From positions 4,023 through 68,022 of the forward strand of contig JBJKQO010000033.1 in assembly GCA_046705145.1 (NCBI GenBank): a stretch of DNA of 64,000 bases, read 5' to 3'. Each line of letters starts with the position of its first letter. Position 1 is the stretch's first letter. Position numbers and translations under genes: made by a program. Source of the stretch: Candidatus Woesearchaeota archaeon (lineage in GTDB: Archaea > Nanobdellota > Nanobdellia > Woesearchaeales > JBJKQO01). Positions 27,716 to 38,021 of the stretch are shown piece after piece. Below the pieces are notes generated by a model. That model was not told the DNA's origin. It saw nothing but the letters and a program-made list of their open reading frames with translations, and searched no databases.

Positions 27716-28399
27716 ATGGGGGAAAATCAACCTGATGGAAAGTCGGTCAACATAACTTTTGAGACGCTTTTTGAGATCGCAACAAGAGAGAAGACAAGAG
27801 AAGAGCTGCAGGATATTCCTGAATATTTCTATAACGACGTAAAAAAGTATATAGAAGGGAAAAAACAGATAATGGACTCTTCTGACAGCTCAAACCCTTT
27901 TGCAGCATCAGAGATAGAAAAGGCAAGATCACAGCTTATGAGCGTAAGACGCGTGCTTAAGGACATATATGAAAGGAGAGAAAGGAAGATAATCACTCTC
28001 GCACTAAACAAGTCACGTACAGGATCTGACATAATAGACACTTCAAAGCTACTTCCTGAAGAGCAAAAGATGTTTGAAAGCCTGGTAAACGAGTTTGACG
28101 GGTTCAGAAAATGCATCCTGAGCAACCTTGTAGAAGGAAAACAGATAATAGTACCCAAACCGAAACAAAATGAACCTGTAAAGCCTGAGACTCCTGCAAA
28201 AGATGAGGGTGAGGAAGAAGAAGATCAGGCTCCTGAAGCTGACTCAAAGACAAAACTCATCAGGTTCATAAGCCCTGTTCCAAAGTTTGTGGGAAAAGAG
28301 CTTGAGGTGTACGGCCCATTCGAAGAAGAGGACATCGCAAACCTGCCAAAAGAGATAGCTGACGTGCTCATATCAAAAGGAAGGGCTGAAGAGGTCTAA
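27716..28399 (+). CDS. GINS-like replication factor (Gins51/Gins23-type), tentative
   Basis: N-terminal pattern LFEIATREKTREELQDIPEYFYNDVKKYI and ...YERRERKIITLAL resemble the archaeal Gins51 A-domain. An acidic linker is followed by a C-terminal beta-rich domain. Confidence 0.4.
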   Translation: MGENQPDGKSVNITFETLFEIATREKTREELQDIPEYFYNDVKKYIEGKKQIMDSSDSSNPFAASEIEKARSQLMSVRRVLKDIYERRERKIITLALNKSRTGSDIIDTSKLLPEEQKMFESLVNEFDGFRKCILSNLVEGKQIIVPKPKQNEPVKPETPAKDEGEEEEDQAPEADSKTKLIRFISPVPKFVGKELEVYGPFEEEDIANLPKEIADVLISKGRAEEV

Positions 28400-28415
28400 A
28401 ATTCCTAAAATAGTT

Positions 28416-28552
28416 CAGTAGAAAAAGCACTACTTCGCTGACTTCAACCCTATACTAGGGGTATAGGGACAAAGTCAGCTTAGTCTGGGTATGGCAGGAT
28501 TAGCCAAAGCTAATCCGTGCCAATCCTGCCACAGACGCACTTTTTCTACTGA
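28416..28552. repeat. structured intergenic repeat, family B, copy 2
   Basis: cagtagaaaaag...gctgacttcaaccctatactaggggtatagggacaaagtcagc...ggcaggattagccaaagctaatccgtgcc...ctttttctactg. Confidence 0.65.
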
Positions 28553-28622
28553 ACCTTTAAAACAACAAGTTTTAAATATCAAAAACCATCTCGCTTCTCA
28601 GATCAGAAAAAAAGGTTATTTA

Positions 28623-29003
28623 ATGATGAGAGACAGTATCAGGATAGGGTTTGTAGAAAAAGTCACGATATATGGGGCCAGCAAGAAAAAGAAAGCCCTG
28701 GCAAGGATCGATACAGGAGCGCAGAACAGCTCAATCGACATGGCTCTCGTTAAAGAGCTTAATCTTGGTCCTACAGTAAGAGAGGCTCGGATCAAGTCAG
28801 CAAACGGCATAAAGATAAGGCCTGTCATCATGGTGGAGTTTGAGATCGAGGGAAAAAAGATGAAATCCCAGTTCACGATCGCTGACAGGACCCACCTCAA
28901 GTACAACGTCCTCATAGGAAGGAACGTGATAAGAGAAGGCTTCATCATCGACCCTTCACTTAGTCCGGTAGATGATTCAGATGATGAGCCTGAAGAGGAT
29001 TAA
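28623..29003 (+). CDS. retropepsin-like aspartyl protease (RimK-associated, COG4067-type)
   Basis: ARIDTGAQNSSID (the DTG motif). Start trimmed to MMRDS because the ORF-track N-terminus overlaps repeat B. Immediately upstream of the RimK-like ATP-grasp gene. Confidence 0.55.
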   Translation: MMRDSIRIGFVEKVTIYGASKKKKALARIDTGAQNSSIDMALVKELNLGPTVREARIKSANGIKIRPVIMVEFEIEGKKMKSQFTIADRTHLKYNVLIGRNVIREGFIIDPSLSPVDDSDDEPEED

Positions 29004-29006
29004 AAC

Positions 29007-30086
29007 ATGAAAGCAGCACTTATAAGCCTTGGAAGCACAAGCTCAAAATGGATTGCTGAAGCTATGCAGAAATATTTTGACCAGGTGGATAGCATCCAGA
29101 TTAAGTTTATAGAGCTCAACCTAGCATCAAAAGGCACTGAGATCCTGTATAAAGGAGAAAGGCTGCCAAAATATGACTGCGTGTACGTGAGAGGTTCATA
29201 CAGGTATGCTAACCTTCTAGGATCGATCACAAGCGCGCTTAAGAAAGAGACGTTCGTGCCATTTGAAAGCAGCTCATTTCAGCTTGGCCATGACAAGATA
29301 ATGACACATATCAAGCTTCAGGAAGCAAAAGTGCCTATGCCTGCAACCTACCTTTCTTCAAGCATCACTGCAGCAAAAAAGATACTTGAAAGGCTCAATT
29401 ACCCTATAATAATGAAGCTTCCTTCAGGAACACAAGGCAAAGGAGTCTTGTATGCAGACTCATTCGCATCAGCATCATCTATCCTTGACACCCTTGAGAC
29501 ACTAAAACAGCCATTCCTTATACAGGAATATGTTGATACAGGCGGCGTAGACATAAGAGCTATAGTTGTAGGAGACAAGGTTGTCGGGTGCATGAAAAGG
29601 ATAGCGACAAACGGCGAGCAGAGGGCAAACATCCATGCAGGAGGAAAAGGAGAGCCCCACCAGCTGGATTATTACGGGAAGAAGATAGCTGTTGAAGCAG
29701 CAAAAGCAGTAGGTGCTGAGATATGCGCAGTGGATCTTCTTGATAGCCCTAAAGGGCCTTTGGTCATAGAGGTAAACCTCTCACCAGGGATACAAGGCAT
29801 TACCCAATATACCAAGATAGACATCGCGGACTACATCGCAAAATACCTGCACAAGCGCACAAAAGAGATATGTGAGAAAGGTAAAGAAGGCACAGCAACA
29901 AAGATCCTTCAGGAAGTCGGGATCCAAAACGGGAACAAGCAGCAGATAATAACAAATGTTGATTTCAGAGGCAAGAGGATACTACTTCCAGAAGTCGTGA
30001 CAAGAGCTGCTAAGTTCACAGAGACCAACGAGGTTGTCATCAAGTATGAAGATGGAAAGGTCATAATCGAAAAATTCGATATGTGA
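29007..30086 (+). CDS. rimK: RimK-family ATP-grasp ligase (alpha-L-glutamate ligase-like)
   Basis: ATP-grasp motifs (IIMKLPSGTQGKGV, IQEYVDTGGVDIRAIVVGDKVVG, LVIEVNLSPG) with a C-terminal extension. Confidence 0.7.
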   Translation: MKAALISLGSTSSKWIAEAMQKYFDQVDSIQIKFIELNLASKGTEILYKGERLPKYDCVYVRGSYRYANLLGSITSALKKETFVPFESSSFQLGHDKIMTHIKLQEAKVPMPATYLSSSITAAKKILERLNYPIIMKLPSGTQGKGVLYADSFASASSILDTLETLKQPFLIQEYVDTGGVDIRAIVVGDKVVGCMKRIATNGEQRANIHAGGKGEPHQLDYYGKKIAVEAAKAVGAEICAVDLLDSPKGPLVIEVNLSPGIQGITQYTKIDIADYIAKYLHKRTKEICEKGKEGTATKILQEVGIQNGNKQQIITNVDFRGKRILLPEVVTRAAKFTETNEVVIKYEDGKVIIEKFDM

Positions 30087-30090
30087 TCTT

Positions 30091-31614
30091 TTAAAAGCCG
30101 TTTATGTTAAGCATCTTGACTGTCGCTTCTATCGCAGCAACAAGCTGGTCTGAATCTATACCCCTTGTCTTGTATGTCATGTTATTATGGTTTCTCCAGG
30201 TTATCGTCGTCTCAACTATAGCTGATGTTTCTCCGCCAGGAGGGATCCTTGACTGGTAATCCACAAGCAGCGGAAGCGACTTCTTTTGCAGCCCAAATAT
30301 CCTTATCAGTGCATTCATAAAAGCGTCATACTGCCCGCTACCATATCCTTCTTCCAGATATTCGTCCCTTCCTATCTTTAGCCTTACAACCGCCCTTGGC
30401 CTGCTACCTTTCTTAAGCACGAACTCGTAGGACATCATCTCAACCTTCCTTTCAGGAGGCGTGCCTATGATGTCCAGGATTATGTAAGGCAGGTCCTCTT
30501 TTGTTATCTTCTGCTTTTTTTCACCTATCTCCTTTATCTTCTTAAGGACAGCTTTTTTCTGTTCAGGACTCAGGTTAAATGAAAGCTGGAGTGCCTTAAG
30601 ATTCTCTTCAATCGAGGCTATGCCTGAAGTCTTTCCAAGGCTGTATCCTGTTTTAGTCCTTCCAAACCTCTCTGGAGTCAGGCTTGACCTGTATATACCC
30701 CCTTTTCTGTCTCCATCTGCATGCACCCCGCAGTTCTGGGTGAATGCGTTCCTTCCGGTGATAGGCGTGTTAGGTGAAATCCTGATACCGCTAAGCCCTT
30801 CAACTATGTTGCTAATCCTTGCAAGGGTGTTTTCCTTTATGTTAAGCTTAAACCCTGTCATGTCGTTTAGTGCTGCTGCAAAAGGGGCAAGCTTTGTGTT
30901 TCCTGCCCTCTCACCAAGCCCATTCACTGTCGTGTGGACAGTTGTCGCTCCTGCTTTTACTGCAGCGATAGAGTTTGATACTGCCTGCTCATAATCATTA
31001 TGGCCATGAAAGTCAAACCTGCAGCCTGGAAAACCTTCTTTCATCTGCTTCACGAAAACATATGTTTTCTCGTAGTCAAGCACACCTAACGTGTCTGCAA
31101 GCATTATCCTACTGACCCCCATCTCCTGAAGCTGTCTTGTGATGTAAAAGACGTATTCTTTTGAGTCTTTCATGCCGTTTGACCAGTCCTCAAGATAGCA
31201 GTTAACCCTCATGCCCTTGTGCTTTGCAAGAGCTATCACCTCCCCTATGTCTCTTGCGTGCTCTTTAGGGGATTTCTTCAGCTGGACTTTCAGGTGATTT
31301 AGCGATCCCTTCACAAGAAGGTTCATGGTCCTTGCGCCAGACTCGTATATCCATTCTACAGACTTGCCACCATCAACAAACCCCAGAACCTCTATCCGGC
31401 CAAGATACCCTCTTGTCTTTGCCCACTGCGTGATCTTCCTGACAGTCTCAAGGTCTGAGTCTGATATCCTTGCTGATGTAAGCTCCACATAATCAACATT
31501 CACCTTCTCAAGAAGGTATCTTGCTATCGTGAACTTCTCCTGCCACCTAAACGAGACACCTTCTGTCTGCTCCCCATCACGAAGAGTCGTGTCAAGTATT
31601 TCTATTTTGCTCAT
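30091..31614 (-). CDS. leuA: 2-isopropylmalate synthase / (R)-citramalate synthase family (LeuA/CimA)
   Basis: ILDTTLRDGEQ and HGHNDYEQAVSNSIAAVKAGA motifs with a C-terminal LeuA-dimer regulatory domain. Confidence 0.8.
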   Translation of the reverse strand: MSKIEILDTTLRDGEQTEGVSFRWQEKFTIARYLLEKVNVDYVELTSARISDSDLETVRKITQWAKTRGYLGRIEVLGFVDGGKSVEWIYESGARTMNLLVKGSLNHLKVQLKKSPKEHARDIGEVIALAKHKGMRVNCYLEDWSNGMKDSKEYVFYITRQLQEMGVSRIMLADTLGVLDYEKTYVFVKQMKEGFPGCRFDFHGHNDYEQAVSNSIAAVKAGATTVHTTVNGLGERAGNTKLAPFAAALNDMTGFKLNIKENTLARISNIVEGLSGIRISPNTPITGRNAFTQNCGVHADGDRKGGIYRSSLTPERFGRTKTGYSLGKTSGIASIEENLKALQLSFNLSPEQKKAVLKKIKEIGEKKQKITKEDLPYIILDIIGTPPERKVEMMSYEFVLKKGSRPRAVVRLKIGRDEYLEEGYGSGQYDAFMNALIRIFGLQKKSLPLLVDYQSRIPPGGETSAIVETTITWRNHNNMTYKTRGIDSDQLVAAIEATVKMLNINGF

Positions 31615-31837
31615 GTTTGGATCCCTTTAAATTTTTTAGATACAGCCCTGACTATAATCTTCCTGCGCAGCTTTTAGAAAATAACAAAAGCTGCGATTAC
31701 ATAATGATGATTATCAGAATCAGAGCTAGCAAAATCGCGTTTCTTAAAGTATCAAATCCTGATTTTGCTTCCATTGCACAAAAGGTAATGAACCAGGGTT
31801 TTAATAGTTTTCGGTGAGATCATCTAAATCATTGGTT

Positions 31838-32401
31838 CTAATGGTACAAATCGAATTGGAGTTCTAACTGAGCTGTTCTGGCTGCACCCTCTGCGGCTCT
31901 TCTTGCATATATTTCTTCTTGCCATCTTCTTACAGTCGCTGGAGATAATGTTGAATGGGGCTCACCTGTTAAAGAGAACGGAATTCCTGGGCTATGAGCT
32001 AAAACTCTTTTCTCAAAGGCTTCCATTCCATAGACCTCTTCTACTCTTGCTTCTATATTTTTATCCCTTCTGACTTGTTCTGCAGTTACCATATAAGGGA
32101 CAAACGGAGGGAAAGCCATCTGACTACTATCTGGGTCATATACTCCTACCCTCATCTCCCCTTGATAAACAGGTTTGTCTTTCTTGTCACCTTTGTATTT
32201 CTTGTCACCCCGTTCAGTCCTTTCAGCACCATATAGATAAGTTCTGCCAAAAAAGGGATCTACTATTTTTAACTTCACTCCTGAAGGATTAACTGGCTCA
32301 TCCCCCCTTCTAGAAGGGGCGGGACTAAAAGTTCTTCCTTGGGGTTCTGTTGGCCTCACATAAGTTCTATCATCTCCAACATCCCATACCATTATTATCA
32401 C
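31838..32401 (-). CDS. hypothetical protein
   Basis: 187 aa, no recognisable motif. Confidence 0.35.
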   Translation of the reverse strand: MIIMVWDVGDDRTYVRPTEPQGRTFSPAPSRRGDEPVNPSGVKLKIVDPFFGRTYLYGAERTERGDKKYKGDKKDKPVYQGEMRVGVYDPDSSQMAFPPFVPYMVTAEQVRRDKNIEARVEEVYGMEAFEKRVLAHSPGIPFSLTGEPHSTLSPATVRRWQEEIYARRAAEGAARTAQLELQFDLYH

Positions 32402-32408
32402 CCCAACA

Positions 32409-33407
32409 TTAATATTTTGATTTTATCATTTCCATAAGCCTGATTGCACTTGATAAGTAAGACTGCATCGCCTTGAAGTCTGTTTTAGGATCTATTGTAA
32501 GGTTAAAATCAAAAGGTTGAGGATTTGAGCCTCCCCTTATTGAGATCCCCCTTAGCCCATATTTTTGACATAATTCAAAAAAAGGCCCATCCTCCATCTG
32601 AACGAGGAAAGGTAACTGTTGCCCGGGTTTAGGGCTTTGATCAGCTAAGTAAGTGAACCTTTTTGCGCAATCAAGCATCCTTCCATCTGAAATCTTAGCT
32701 AATTTAACTGCTTTTTCTACACCTTCAGGAATTTTTCCATTAACCAAAGGCCTTGCCGCATATATTATACTTCCTGTGTTAGGGTTCACAGTTTGAGCAA
32801 CCGGCTTTTGGTCTTCTGATGATCTTAAACATCCGAACTCATAAAAAACATCACTTGTTATTGAAACCGCAGAAGGAAGGCCTAATTGCTGTGCTAAAAT
32901 TATTAATTCAGGAGACGCATGCCATATGTCTCCTTCTTTCCTTCCGATTATTTGTGCTATCTCAGAAGCGATAGGAGTCGGAGTACCGGAGCTTATTATA
33001 TCTTGCCCAACATTAGATGAAATCGCTGCACCGTTTATTATTGATTCGGCAACCAAGTATGACTCTCCAAGCTTGAAATGATCAGATGCTCCACAGCTGC
33101 CAGCCAAAACAAGATTTTTTGCCCCCCATACTCCAAGCTCATAAACCACCATGCTAACTGATGATGAGCCTATGCCTCCTGTAACAAGCTTAAAAGAAGT
33201 ACCCTTGCCAGAAACGCTATAAGTGATAAACTCCCTGTTATAAGCTTCTTCTTTTGGGTGAAAACCTAAAGACTTCAAAGCTTCGCATAAGGCTGGCCTG
33301 TGCTCTCCAAATATGACCATCATTGTCGGCTCAACAAAATCAGGGGTCAACTGCAATAAAAGTGATCTATCCCTCATATTCTCATCCATCCTCTCCTCCA
33401 GACTCAT
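32409..33407 (-). CDS. nucleoside phosphorylase family-1 (PNP/UDP-like) protein with a C-terminal extension
   Basis: GGIGSSSVSMVVYEL...NLVLAGSCGA aligns with the DeoD HGMGIPS...IIRVGSCGA core. Confidence 0.45.
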   Translation of the reverse strand: MSLEERMDENMRDRSLLLQLTPDFVEPTMMVIFGEHRPALCEALKSLGFHPKEEAYNREFITYSVSGKGTSFKLVTGGIGSSSVSMVVYELGVWGAKNLVLAGSCGASDHFKLGESYLVAESIINGAAISSNVGQDIISSGTPTPIASEIAQIIGRKEGDIWHASPELIILAQQLGLPSAVSITSDVFYEFGCLRSSEDQKPVAQTVNPNTGSIIYAARPLVNGKIPEGVEKAVKLAKISDGRMLDCAKRFTYLADQSPKPGQQLPFLVQMEDGPFFELCQKYGLRGISIRGGSNPQPFDFNLTIDPKTDFKAMQSYLSSAIRLMEMIKSKY

Positions 33408-33896
33408 TTACATCACCGGGATAAACTCCTGCTGTGTCATAAATGCTTCTCTTTTCATATCCTCGATGATATAGTAGGATTGTTTCCTTACTATTTTAAA
33501 CTTTTCCTCTATCTTCTCTATGAACTCCTCTAAGGATATGATGTCTTTGAAAAGCACTTCAACCATGAAGTCATAATCCTGGTTTACCCTGAAACAAGAA
33601 TTGACGTTTTGGTGGGCCATAAGATATTTTCTTAATTCATCCTTATCATTCTTGTTCACCTTAAGAAAAACTGTCGACCTTATTGAGTACCCCAGCTTTG
33701 CAAAGTCAAAAAGAGAAGTATGTTTTATAATTATATTTTTTTCATGCATCTTTAGCCTGTCAAAAAGTGTTGAGACTGGCATGTTTATCTTTTTGCTCAG
33801 TTTTGTCAACTGGACCCTGGCATTCTGCCTTAGGCATGATAAAAACATCAAATCCTCTTCTTTTGCTAGCATCATCATCACCTCCATTGATGCCAT
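33408..33896 (-). CDS. Lrp/AsnC family transcriptional regulator (single HTH + RAM)
   Basis: HTH_AsnC-like N-terminus and a RAM-like C-terminus. Confidence 0.7.
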   Translation of the reverse strand: MASMEVMMMLAKEEDLMFLSCLRQNARVQLTKLSKKINMPVSTLFDRLKMHEKNIIIKHTSLFDFAKLGYSIRSTVFLKVNKNDKDELRKYLMAHQNVNSCFRVNQDYDFMVEVLFKDIISLEEFIEKIEEKFKIVRKQSYYIIEDMKREAFMTQQEFIPVM

Positions 33897-33983
33897 TTCG
33901 GATAATCCGGAATGTTTCCTTCTTATTCCAATTTATTACAATATTATCGGAATTTATATATTTAAAATTATCTGCATATAATT

Positions 33984-35000
33984 TTGTATATTAGTAAAAT
34001 ATATAAAGCAAAAATATTTAATGTACAAAAAAATAACTCAAATGATAAAATGGACAATACTGACAGAAAGATCATGGCAGTGCTCGATAAGAATCCGAGA
34101 GCAACACAATCTGAGATATCAAAACAGCTTAAGATATCCCAACAGGTAGCAAATTACAGGATAAAAAAGCTTTTTAGCTCAGGCACGATCAACAAAGCAA
34201 GCGCATTGATAGACTTCATGGGCCTGGGATACTCAAAATATATCCTTTTTTTCAGGCTAAACCAATATGTAAAAGTAGAAAAAGACCTCTTTGATTTTTT
34301 CTCAAAGAACCCAAATATATGGTGGGCTGCAAAAGTGGGCTCATTCTATGATGTGATGGTGATGACCTTACAGAAGGACTTTGTCAAGTTCGAATCGTTT
34401 GTAGAGAGCATAAGCGACAAGTTCCCAAACTGCCTGGGAGAACATGTATTCCTCCACGTGATACATCACGAGCTCTATGACCACCTTATATTTGACAGGG
34501 AAGGTGAACTGAAAAGGAGGATGGGTTACTGTATAAGGTCTGACCCTGTAAAGATCAAAAAAGAGGATTATGCTCTTCTTGACATTCTCGCAAATGACTG
34601 CAGAAGATCGTCTCTAGCCATAGGAAATGAGCTAGGACTATCCTATAAGACTGTGCAAAACAAGATCAAGTCTCTTGAAAAGGATAATATTATTGTGGGC
34701 TACAGGCTGTTTCATAACGTAAAACCCCACAAAGCCTATCTAATCCTGATATCCTACTCCCAATTTTCAAAAGAAAAAGAACAGAAGCTCCTTAGCGAAG
34801 CATATCAGGTCTCACAGATAACCATGTGGTGGAAAGTATTCGGAAGGTATAACCTTATACTTCATGCAAGATGCCATTCATATGAAGAACTTCAAGACAT
34901 GTTCACTAAGATAAGAGAAAAACACGGTATAATCAAGACCTACAGGCTTATTCCTGTATTCAAAGATATCCTCATAAACGCATTCCCCCATGCAGACTAA
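33984..35000 (+). CDS. double-domain ('tandem') Lrp/AsnC-like regulator
   Basis: Two HTH_AsnC-like segments (RKIMAVLDKNPRATQSEISKQLKISQQVANYRIKKL and ALLDILANDCRRSSLAIGNELGLSYKTVQNKIKSL), each followed by a RAM-like domain. The likely start is MDNTDRK at 34050. Confidence 0.6.
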   Translation: MYISKIYKAKIFNVQKNNSNDKMDNTDRKIMAVLDKNPRATQSEISKQLKISQQVANYRIKKLFSSGTINKASALIDFMGLGYSKYILFFRLNQYVKVEKDLFDFFSKNPNIWWAAKVGSFYDVMVMTLQKDFVKFESFVESISDKFPNCLGEHVFLHVIHHELYDHLIFDREGELKRRMGYCIRSDPVKIKKEDYALLDILANDCRRSSLAIGNELGLSYKTVQNKIKSLEKDNIIVGYRLFHNVKPHKAYLILISYSQFSKEKEQKLLSEAYQVSQITMWWKVFGRYNLILHARCHSYEELQDMFTKIREKHGIIKTYRLIPVFKDILINAFPHAD

Positions 35001-35467
35001 CCAAAAAAGGGATGTTCCTGACCCATCATAAACGCTTCTCTTTTAAGCTCTTCCACTATGAAAAAGGTCTTGATCTTCTTTACCTTAAACCTTGACTCCA
35101 GCTCTTCAATAAAATTATCCACCTCCCCCACATTATCAAATATCCCCTCTACCATGAAATCAAACCCGTTATTGATCTTAAAGACCGAGTTTAAGGAGGT
35201 GCTCCTAATTAGAAACTCTCTTAGATTCTCCTTGTGAGCTAAATCTGATTTGAGGAGTATCTTAACAAGAGTGTTATACCCTGCTTTCGCAAAGTCAATA
35301 AGACAGGTATGCCTTTTTATTATCTGACCCTCATTCCTTTGTAGCTTCTCAAAGATTGTTGATATAGGTATCCCTGTCTCATGGCTTAGCCTTGTCAATG
35401 ATAATCTTGAATTTGACCTAAGATGGGTTATTATCTGTTGATCTCTTGTCTGCATCGTTCTCCCCAA
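34997..35467 (-). CDS. Lrp/AsnC family transcriptional regulator
   Basis: IITHLRSNSRLSLTRLSHETGIPISTIFEKL HTH plus a RAM domain. Confidence 0.7.
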   Translation of the reverse strand: MGRTMQTRDQQIITHLRSNSRLSLTRLSHETGIPISTIFEKLQRNEGQIIKRHTCLIDFAKAGYNTLVKILLKSDLAHKENLREFLIRSTSLNSVFKINNGFDFMVEGIFDNVGEVDNFIEELESRFKVKKIKTFFIVEELKREAFMMGQEHPFFG

Positions 35468-35543
35468 AACATTGTATTGACTCTAAAGTAGTGTCTTGAT
35501 TTTTCAAAATATTTAAATATATATCTGTATTTATTAGTAAAAA

Positions 35544-36500
35544 ATGAATAAAAAAATATATGAAACCAAAATAAATTACCAAAATATAGATATAATCAGT
35601 AAAAATATTATTTTTCTCCTCTCATTAGATTCCAGGATATCTGTTTCAGAGCTTGCAAAAAAGCTGAAGATAACGAGAAAGATGGCAGAGACAAGGATGA
35701 ACAATCTTTACAAGAACAGGATAATCAACCCCCTGCTCATATACAATTACAGGGGGCTTGTAAAATCCACAATACTCATAAAGCTTCTCAAGTTCAACAA
35801 AAAGGTCATAAACTCATTGCTCAAAGTGGATAACCTGGTAAAGCTAAAAGAGACTCTCGGACAATACGACCTTGCTTTGCTGTTTATAACAGAAAACAGG
35901 GAGGAACTAAACCTTGCGCTGACCAAGATAAGCTCCGCTCTCCACGGACAGATACAGAACATGGATGTGATGATCCACGAATATGAGGACACACTAGGCT
36001 ACAAGTCTTTCTGTGATAACCCTGAACTGCTAAAAGAGTACAACCTCCTTGAACCAGATCAGGATTATATCCTATCAAAAGATGATATGGTCCTAATAAA
36101 AAATCTCATATCAGATCCGGTGCAGCCATACAAAAACATTGTCAGCAGCACTGGATGGACATACACCAAAATTAGATCTATGATGTCCGACCTTTCCAAG
36201 AAAAACATAATCCGATTTTCTGTAGACCCAGATTATAAGCTTATGGGCCTTGAATACCACAACATACTTGTCAAGATCGACCTTGGGATGTACAAGCAAT
36301 TTGAAGCGAACATACAAAAAGAGGCAAGGATACACTGGATGAAAAAAGGCATCGGCACATGGGACTATATCCTTTCTGTATGCGCAGAGAGCATAAGCGA
36401 GTTCATACAGGTAACAAGAGAGATTCGCGAACAAAATGAGGATATAATCCTAGATCTTTCAACTCTTATATCCAATGTGCATATGACAAGAAAAAACTGA
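35544..36500 (+). CDS. double-domain Lrp/AsnC-like regulator (divergent paralog)
   Basis: Two HTH-like segments (FLLSLDSRISVSELAKKLKITRKMAETRMNNL and VLIKNLISDPVQPYKNIVSSTGWTYTKIRSMMSDL) with RAM-like regions. Confidence 0.5.
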   Translation: MNKKIYETKINYQNIDIISKNIIFLLSLDSRISVSELAKKLKITRKMAETRMNNLYKNRIINPLLIYNYRGLVKSTILIKLLKFNKKVINSLLKVDNLVKLKETLGQYDLALLFITENREELNLALTKISSALHGQIQNMDVMIHEYEDTLGYKSFCDNPELLKEYNLLEPDQDYILSKDDMVLIKNLISDPVQPYKNIVSSTGWTYTKIRSMMSDLSKKNIIRFSVDPDYKLMGLEYHNILVKIDLGMYKQFEANIQKEARIHWMKKGIGTWDYILSVCAESISEFIQVTREIREQNEDIILDLSTLISNVHMTRKN

Positions 36501-37097
36501 TCATTTCTCGATATAGCCTATGAAACTCAGGTCCCTGTCCTTACCGTTATAATCCAGCCCATAGCCTACAACAAACATGTTAGGTATGTCAAACCCTATA
36601 TAATCCAGGTCTACAGGCGACTTTCTCCTCTCTTTCTTGTCCAAAAGCACGCATATCCTGACTTCAGAAGCTCCTTTTTTTAGCAGGTGAGCCTTAAGGA
36701 AGTTCAGTGTGTTTCCAGAATCTATTATGTCATCGACAATCAACACATGCTTCCCCTTAAGATCCTCCTTAACGTCAAGATCGACTCTTATCACGCCAGT
36801 GCTTTCTGTGCCCTTGTAGCTTGTCACTTTCACAGGAGCATACTCAACATTCATCCCGGCAGAATTAAGCCCCCTCATTAGGTCCGCAAAAAATACGAAT
36901 GCGCCTGTAAGGACGACAACACAGAATATGTTGTTATCATCCCCGCAAAAATCCTTTTTTATCTCAGCAGATAACGTCTTTATCCTTTCCCTGATCTTTT
37001 CTTCGCTGATAAGCTCTTTTATTTCCAATATATCACCCTGAAAAAAGCTGACTCCAAATGGTATATAAATGTTTACTTTATCTGAGGTTTGTCTCAA
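36501..37097 (-). CDS. hpt: hypoxanthine/guanine phosphoribosyltransferase
   Basis: Type I PRTase PRPP-binding motif VLIVDDIIDSGNTL. Confidence 0.7.
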   Translation of the reverse strand: MRQTSDKVNIYIPFGVSFFQGDILEIKELISEEKIRERIKTLSAEIKKDFCGDDNNIFCVVVLTGAFVFFADLMRGLNSAGMNVEYAPVKVTSYKGTESTGVIRVDLDVKEDLKGKHVLIVDDIIDSGNTLNFLKAHLLKKGASEVRICVLLDKKERRKSPVDLDYIGFDIPNMFVVGYGLDYNGKDRDLSFIGYIEK

Positions 37098-37380
37098 GAC
37101 TCGCTTACGCTTCGGTTAGCATCAAACTCGGCTTTACTTCTTATTTTAATTCTATCGCCAAGCAAGTTTGGCGGACTTAAAATTGGAGATTTTAAGCTTG
37201 ACGGACTCACGAACAAGTTCGTGAGAATCGTTGAAGCCCCGGAAGTGTCGCCAATTATGATTGGCGGACTTTGAAAAGTTGCACTTTTCAAAGGGACAAC
37301 CCCCTCAACTCAGGAATACTAATCAGAGCAGAGCCTCGTATTACTGATGCTAACACACTTGAGACACACCCCCCAACTAT
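37085..37380. repeat. structured intergenic repeat, family C, copy 3
   Basis: Closing inverted repeat gttagcatca...tgatgctaac. Contains two tcgccaa-N-ttggcggac hairpins, cacgaacaagttcgtg, gttgaagccccgg and cccctcaactc modules. Confidence 0.55.
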
Positions 37381-37431
37381 GCCTGCCAATACAAAAGATT
37401 TAAATACTTAAAATAATAAGTTAAATCTTCA

Positions 37432-37584
37432 TGGCTTTTGATCCTATGCACTCGTTTTTGACACGGCCCAAGTGCCCGACATGCGGCACACCTATACACT
37501 GGGGCATAACGACCAGGTTTGACAAAGGCAACGAATGCGAGATCTGTAACATCTGTGAGACTATCCTTGGCAACAAGGAATGAA
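37432..37584 (+). CDS. small zinc-ribbon protein (tentative)
   Basis: 50-aa ORF with CPTCGT...CEICNICE. No clear Shine-Dalgarno sequence. Confidence 0.3.
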
Positions 37585-37595
37585 CTGATAAGATC

Positions 37596-38021
37596 TTAAT
37601 TCTTAGAACGCTTAATCGCTTTTACTATGTTTTCCTTGACTTTCTCCATCTCCCCTTCCGCATACTTTGAGCCTGGCCAAAGCCTTAGCCCATCTCCCTC
37701 AAACCTTGTCATTATGTGAAGGTGCGCGTGAGGGACAACCTGCCCTGCCTTAGGCCCGTTGTTAAGGCCGAGGTTATACGCATCAGCACCTACAGCTTCT
37801 ATCACTTCTGGAACGATCTTCTTAGCGACAATGATAAGATCTGAAAGAACATTGTCAGGGATGTCTTCAAAGTTCTCGTAATGCTCTTTTGGGACAATAA
37901 GCGTATGACCCTTGTTTATGGGATTTATGTCAAGAAAGGCTATGCAGCTTTCTGACTCATAAACCTTTGCTGAAGGTATCTCTCCCTTTATTATCTTGCA
38001 AAATATGCAATTACCAGTCAT
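37596..38021 (-). CDS. HIT family protein with a canonical histidine triad
   Basis: GQVVPHAHLHIM (HxHxHxx). Confidence 0.75.
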   Translation of the reverse strand: MTGNCIFCKIIKGEIPSAKVYESESCIAFLDINPINKGHTLIVPKEHYENFEDIPDNVLSDLIIVAKKIVPEVIEAVGADAYNLGLNNGPKAGQVVPHAHLHIMTRFEGDGLRLWPGSKYAEGEMEKVKENIVKAIKRSKN

